IMG/VR virus record: IMGVR_UViG_3300042261_001262
DNA: 63,563 nucleotides
Direction: 5' to 3' (one strand)
Origin: an uncultured virus (IMG/VR IMGVR_UViG_3300042261_001262)
Lineage: Duplodnaviria > Heunggongvirae > Uroviricota > Caudoviricetes
Position 1 is the stretch's first letter. Each line of letters opens with the position of its first letter. The translations under genes were made by a program, and so were the position numbers. The notes beneath the pieces were generated by a model. The model had not been told where the DNA came from. It did not search any database and was given only the letters and a program-made list of their open reading frames with translations. Shown in pieces: positions 59,718 through 63,563 of the stretch.

Positions 59718-60470
59718 TTATTCCTCTGGGGAATTTAAAACATCCTCCAGAGATAATCCGTCAGCAAGAGCCACCTGGATCTCTTTGAGACCCTCAGGCG
59801 TTACCTCGAGGTACTTGACTTCAGTACCCCGACGCCTCTTATAGGTGTCGATGAAATGTCGGATTTTCGTTCCAAACGGAACAAATCCGACAAGCCTATT
59901 GTTTGTATGGGCTCCTCCTCCACTATAAACAGTGGATTCGAACACCAATTTATTATCCGATTCGGTGATCGAATATCCGGAGCTATTGTGACTAGCTCCG
60001 TCCTGCAAATCAATCCAAGCACCATCGACTGGCTTGGATGTTTCATTCAAGTGGATTACAGGAAGCTTTCCCGGTCGATCCATCCTTTTAACCTCAAATA
60101 TTCCGGAAACTTCAGGTGGATGATTTTCCGGAAATTGAATGTTTCTACAATGTCCAGTCCATGCCGCTGGCACAAACTTGGGACATTCCGGGTTTTTACA
60201 ATTATAATCTGTTGTATAATAATCAACCAATCCCAACTGGGAACATTCCGGGTTTTTACAATTATAATCTGTTGTATAATAATCAACCAATCCCAACTTA
60301 CAACCTTTTGGGATTGTGATTTCATCTGTTACATTCCCACCATGAATGGCGAGAACGAACAGAGTTGCCGATCTCGAACAACAAACATTCGAGATTAATT
60401 CAGTGAGGGTTGTTTTTCCACCCTCTTTGAAAATTTTACTACAAACGAAGTTTTTCAACTCTACTATCAT
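59718..60470 (-). CDS. hypothetical protein, GC-richer, with an internal 20-aa duplication
   Basis: GGAGGAG RBS; terminator at 59681-59710. Confidence 0.65.
   Translation of the reverse strand: MIVELKNFVCSKIFKEGGKTTLTELISNVCCSRSATLFVLAIHGGNVTDEITIPKGCKLGLVDYYTTDYNCKNPECSQLGLVDYYTTDYNCKNPECPKFVPAAWTGHCRNIQFPENHPPEVSGIFEVKRMDRPGKLPVIHLNETSKPVDGAWIDLQDGASHNSSGYSITESDNKLVFESTVYSGGGAHTNNRLVGFVPFGTKIRHFIDTYKRRRGTEVKYLEVTPEGLKEIQVALADGLSLEDVLNSPEE
60183..60298. repeat. tandem direct repeat, 60-nt period (56 nt identical)
   Basis: 60183-60238 is identical to 60243-60298; encodes LGLVDYYTTDYNCKNPEC twice. Confidence 0.95.
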
Positions 60471-60570
60471 TTTTTGCTCCTCCTTTCGAAGAAAATTCTA
60501 TGGGAAGTGATAGTGCTCCCATAGTAATTTTATTATTTCTATATTAGAAGTTTGAATATTGAAATTTATA

Positions 60571-60855
60571 TTATTCGCTAATTAAATCTCCGATAGTTTT
60601 TCTTTGATTTATTTTTAATTTCCAGATACAATCATATATCATTTGAGTAACTATCTCTTCTTCGATTTCTTCTATTGAATTACAATTTTTGATAGCTTCT
60701 CGTTCCATATCTAAGAATGTATCATTATGTTGCATTTTTAAATCCTTACAAATTTCATGAATGGTATTTTCACTTAATTCAGGTACTATCATACTAGATA
60801 CTTCAGTTAATGAAAAACTCATAACTTCTGAATCATATGTTATTTTCTTTTTCAT
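60571..60855 (-). CDS. hypothetical protein
   Basis: ORF in the gene run. Confidence 0.5.
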   Translation of the reverse strand: MKKKITYDSEVMSFSLTEVSSMIVPELSENTIHEICKDLKMQHNDTFLDMEREAIKNCNSIEEIEEEIVTQMIYDCIWKLKINQRKTIGDLISE

Positions 60856-60860
60856 CAGAC

Positions 60861-61055
60861 TTATTTTCCTTTTAGAAACTCTTGTCCGTCTACTTTTAAT
60901 TGTTTCTCACAAAATGGACAATACCATTTTCCTTCTTCTCTTTTAACTTCTTGAGAATCAATATCACCAAAAGAATCAATATATGCTTCTTCTGTAATTA
61001 ATGTTTTGTAAATCAAGAAGTTAATTTCTTTTTCACATTTTGGACATTTTGGCAT
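60861..61055 (-). CDS. small Zn-ribbon protein
   Basis: CPKC...CPFC. Confidence 0.6.
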   Translation of the reverse strand: MPKCPKCEKEINFLIYKTLITEEAYIDSFGDIDSQEVKREEGKWYCPFCEKQLKVDGQEFLKGK

Positions 61056-61392
61056 TACTTACTTCTCCCATAAATTTGTTCTCCCATAGCTTTCTTTCTA
61101 TCTCTTCAAAGTTATCATCTGTAACTTCAATTTTAGCATTACATAATGGACAATAATAATCGAGATATTTTGGTTCATCTAATATTTTGTCTTCAATCCA
61201 TTCTCCTCTATAATTAGGCATATTATCCCATTCATGATTCCAAGGCATTACTTTAAATTTTCCAGGTTTTCTTTGAACGTAATTTAAATGATCAAGTAGT
61301 TGTTTACACTCAGGGCATTTTAACATCTTCGAATTCATTGCGATGAGTGAAATTGTTAAAAACCCAAATGTGAATTCTTGGGCTAAATACAT
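61033..61392 (-). CDS. small Zn-ribbon protein (probable start MLKCPEC)
   Basis: CPEC...CPLC. Confidence 0.55.
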   Translation of the reverse strand: MYLAQEFTFGFLTISLIAMNSKMLKCPECKQLLDHLNYVQRKPGKFKVMPWNHEWDNMPNYRGEWIEDKILDEPKYLDYYCPLCNAKIEVTDDNFEEIERKLWENKFMGEVSNAKMSKM

Positions 61393-62170
61393 AATTTCTA
61401 CGTAAACAATAATCTACTGCATCATAACATGATTGCCGATAATCTTGTAAAAATATGTATTCATCCTGATATTCTGTATAATCCGGTGTTAACGGCATGA
61501 TATAGATTGGAATAGTTATATCAATTGAATTAATAAACTTATCAATTTTAGATTCGTCCGCTTTAGAATATACAAATTTATATTGAGCTGCCGTTTTCGA
61601 AAATGGATATTTTCTCATAAATTGACTTATTATTTGATTTTTTGATTCAAAAAGTTCAATTATATCATCTAAGCTTTTAATCTTTTCAGATGCATAAGCG
61701 TTATAATCTAATTTAGGAGAAACATTAAATTGAAATCTATATTGAGACATATTAATTTTTTCTATCATATCATCAGTAAATAATGTTCCATTCGTTTCAA
61801 TTTCAAAATTCATTATTTGGGTATCGAACCCAATTTCATCTACCAATTTATAAAGAAATTCTTTATACATTAAAGGTTCTCCACCTGTGATAAGCATGGA
61901 ATGAATATCATAGTCTTTAATGTGCTTTTGTTTAATATAATTAACAAACATTGGTATATCATCTTCAAGTAATCGAAATGGTAATTCTGATTCTCTTTTA
62001 TAACCAAGTCCTGGTATTAAATCAGCTTTTAAATGATTTGTCCATTTTGTATCGCAAAAATCACAATTTAAGTTACAATTGCCTAATCGTAAGAGAATGT
62101 TTGGTATTCCAGCACCAGGACCTTCCCCCTGTACGGTGGCACATAGCTGTGTAATTATCACACTTCTCAT
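61310..62170 (-). CDS. queE: 7-carboxy-7-deazaguanine synthase (radical SAM)
   Basis: TVQGEG, CNLNCDFCDT, ITGGEP, IETNGT, VSPKL and PRIH. Confidence 0.9.
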   Translation of the reverse strand: MRSVIITQLCATVQGEGPGAGIPNILLRLGNCNLNCDFCDTKWTNHLKADLIPGLGYKRESELPFRLLEDDIPMFVNYIKQKHIKDYDIHSMLITGGEPLMYKEFLYKLVDEIGFDTQIMNFEIETNGTLFTDDMIEKINMSQYRFQFNVSPKLDYNAYASEKIKSLDDIIELFESKNQIISQFMRKYPFSKTAAQYKFVYSKADESKIDKFINSIDITIPIYIMPLTPDYTEYQDEYIFLQDYRQSCYDAVDYCLRRNYVFSPRIHIWVFNNFTHRNEFEDVKMP

Positions 62171-62499
62171 TTTAACTCCTTTACTTTGAACTTTGAAGCT
62201 AAATTGGGATAATTCAAATATTCACGAAGTACAGCATTTTTTGTTAAAGATCTAATTCCCATTTGCCAACCAATTGGTGGTTCATAAGGATCTGTTTTTA
62301 AAAGTAGATATTCCTCTTCTTCACCATCAGTATTTGTATAGACGAATGTTTTAGTTACTGTAAATATTCTGACATTTTCATTTGGTAAGTGGTCTTGACA
62401 GAATACTTCTATTTCATTTCTTTCTGTTTCATAATCCCCAAGATGTACTGGTAATTTCGTATCACATTCCTTACATTTATGAAAATAACAGTCACACAT
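62167..62499 (-). CDS. hypothetical Cys/His-containing protein
   Basis: MCDCYFHKCKEC. Confidence 0.55.
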   Translation of the reverse strand: MCDCYFHKCKECDTKLPVHLGDYETERNEIEVFCQDHLPNENVRIFTVTKTFVYTNTDGEEEEYLLLKTDPYEPPIGWQMGIRSLTKNAVLREYLNYPNLASKFKVKELK

Positions 62500-62714
62500 T
62501 ATGTTTCTCCTATTATTTTTCCTTTTAGATTATAAATCTTAGTAAATAATTCTTTTTGTGAATCTCTTAAGAAATCAATAGCTGGATGTTTTTCAATATT
62601 ATTACATTGCATTTCACCATTATCACCATATTTAAATTCTTCTGGACAATCATGTTGTGACCATATAATTCTTCTAATTAAAATATCGAGAGGATCATCT
62701 TCTAGATTTGTCAT
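62499..62714 (-). CDS. hypothetical protein
   Basis: YGDNGEMQC...IDFLRD. Confidence 0.55.
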   Translation of the reverse strand: MTNLEDDPLDILIRRIIWSQHDCPEEFKYGDNGEMQCNNIEKHPAIDFLRDSQKELFTKIYNLKGKIIGET

Positions 62715-62716
62715 TT

Positions 62717-62929
62717 TTATCCTATTAAGATATTTAAGAAATTTTTTGCCGCTTTATTAGCAATTTCATGAATATCATTTTTGTTTTTGTATTTCTTTGT
62801 ATTTCTATCATATTCATCTTTAAATGCCATAGCAATATTTGCTTTCCAAGATATATAATATCCTTCATCTTCTTTAAGAGCTTTACGTAAAACATCCATT
62901 TCTTTTTTGATTCCTTTTTCTCTTGACAT
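62717..62929 (-). CDS. hypothetical protein
   Basis: WKANIAMAFKDE. Confidence 0.55.
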   Translation of the reverse strand: MSREKGIKKEMDVLRKALKEDEGYYISWKANIAMAFKDEYDRNTKKYKNKNDIHEIANKAAKNFLNILIG

Positions 62930-62942
62930 TTTTATTTCTCCG

Positions 62943-63485
62943 CTATCCCAATATAAATTTTATTTCAATTCTTTGTAATCTATATTTTGATGTATTGCTT
63001 TCAGATTCGGTTTCGGTTTCTGTTTTTTCTATAATTGGATTTATTTCTTTTGTTTGTTCAATTAATATATCTTGAATCTCCTGTAAATATTGTTCTCTTG
63101 TTGTTTCTGAATTTTTCTTTTGGTATTTTATCTCTTCATTAAAATCTCTTTCGTTTCTTAGATTTGTAAATTCTTTTTCTTCTAGTTTTAATATTGATAA
63201 AAAACTGTCATACTCATCTTTTTTTGATACACTTTTAGTATTTGCAATTTTAAATTTTATCCATTGTATTAACATCCAATTTTTTTGATGTTCTTTATTA
63301 ATTAGATAACTGTATTTAGATTCATCGATTAGTTTTAAAAACCAACAATATTCACCTTTAATTTTTTTCCCCATAGTTAATTCATTATTCGAGACAAATT
63401 CTAATTCTCTTGCAATATTTCTTACCATAGTAAGAAACTGTTGATAATTCATTGACTTCCAATTCTGAACTTCATCAGTTTTCAT
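62943..63485 (-). CDS. hypothetical protein
   Basis: Long ORF. Confidence 0.55.
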   Translation of the reverse strand: MKTDEVQNWKSMNYQQFLTMVRNIARELEFVSNNELTMGKKIKGEYCWFLKLIDESKYSYLINKEHQKNWMLIQWIKFKIANTKSVSKKDEYDSFLSILKLEEKEFTNLRNERDFNEEIKYQKKNSETTREQYLQEIQDILIEQTKEINPIIEKTETETESESNTSKYRLQRIEIKFILG

Positions 63486-63563
63486 GATTTGTATAGTTAA
63501 ATCATAACTTTTATAACCATTTGGGCATACTTTTTGTAAAATGTCTATAATTTTTTTTGCTAT

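Noticed and set aside
2065..62154. All plus-strand ORFs in the track
   Set aside because: They are antisense shadows of minus-strand genes or introns, with no RBS or recognisable motifs (52714-52947 may instead shadow a longer minus-strand ORF).

Overview
AT-rich segment of a large (jumbo-type) bacteriophage genome; essentially all genes are on the minus strand and use the standard code. It carries a self-contained replication and transcription set: a multisubunit RNA polymerase (beta interrupted by a group I intron, beta' split into two genes), a family-B DNA polymerase interrupted by three group I introns (two carrying HNH endonucleases) and lacking its C-terminal catalytic half, a second short PolB-like palm protein, primase, clamp loader, two SF2 helicases, type II topoisomerase A and B, two SSBs and a resolvase. 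Nucleotide and repair genes include class II RNR, dimeric dUTPase, a UDG-like protein, a DenV-like glycosylase, queC/queD/queE and a VUT transporter, plus tRNA-Ile(UAU). About 19 intergenic copies of a TATAGAAAT motif, many just after intrinsic terminators, outline the transcription units. The two most notable loci are (i) a TROVE/Ro60-vWA gene preceded by a separately transcribed array of five covarying stem-loop RNA units with a constant TACATA motif and variable loops (20939-21348), and (ii) a complete ubiquitin-like conjugation operon (Zn-ribbon-Ubl ending GTKG, E2, JAB, E1) followed by a structured RNA. All calls come from reading motifs by eye; no database search was run.
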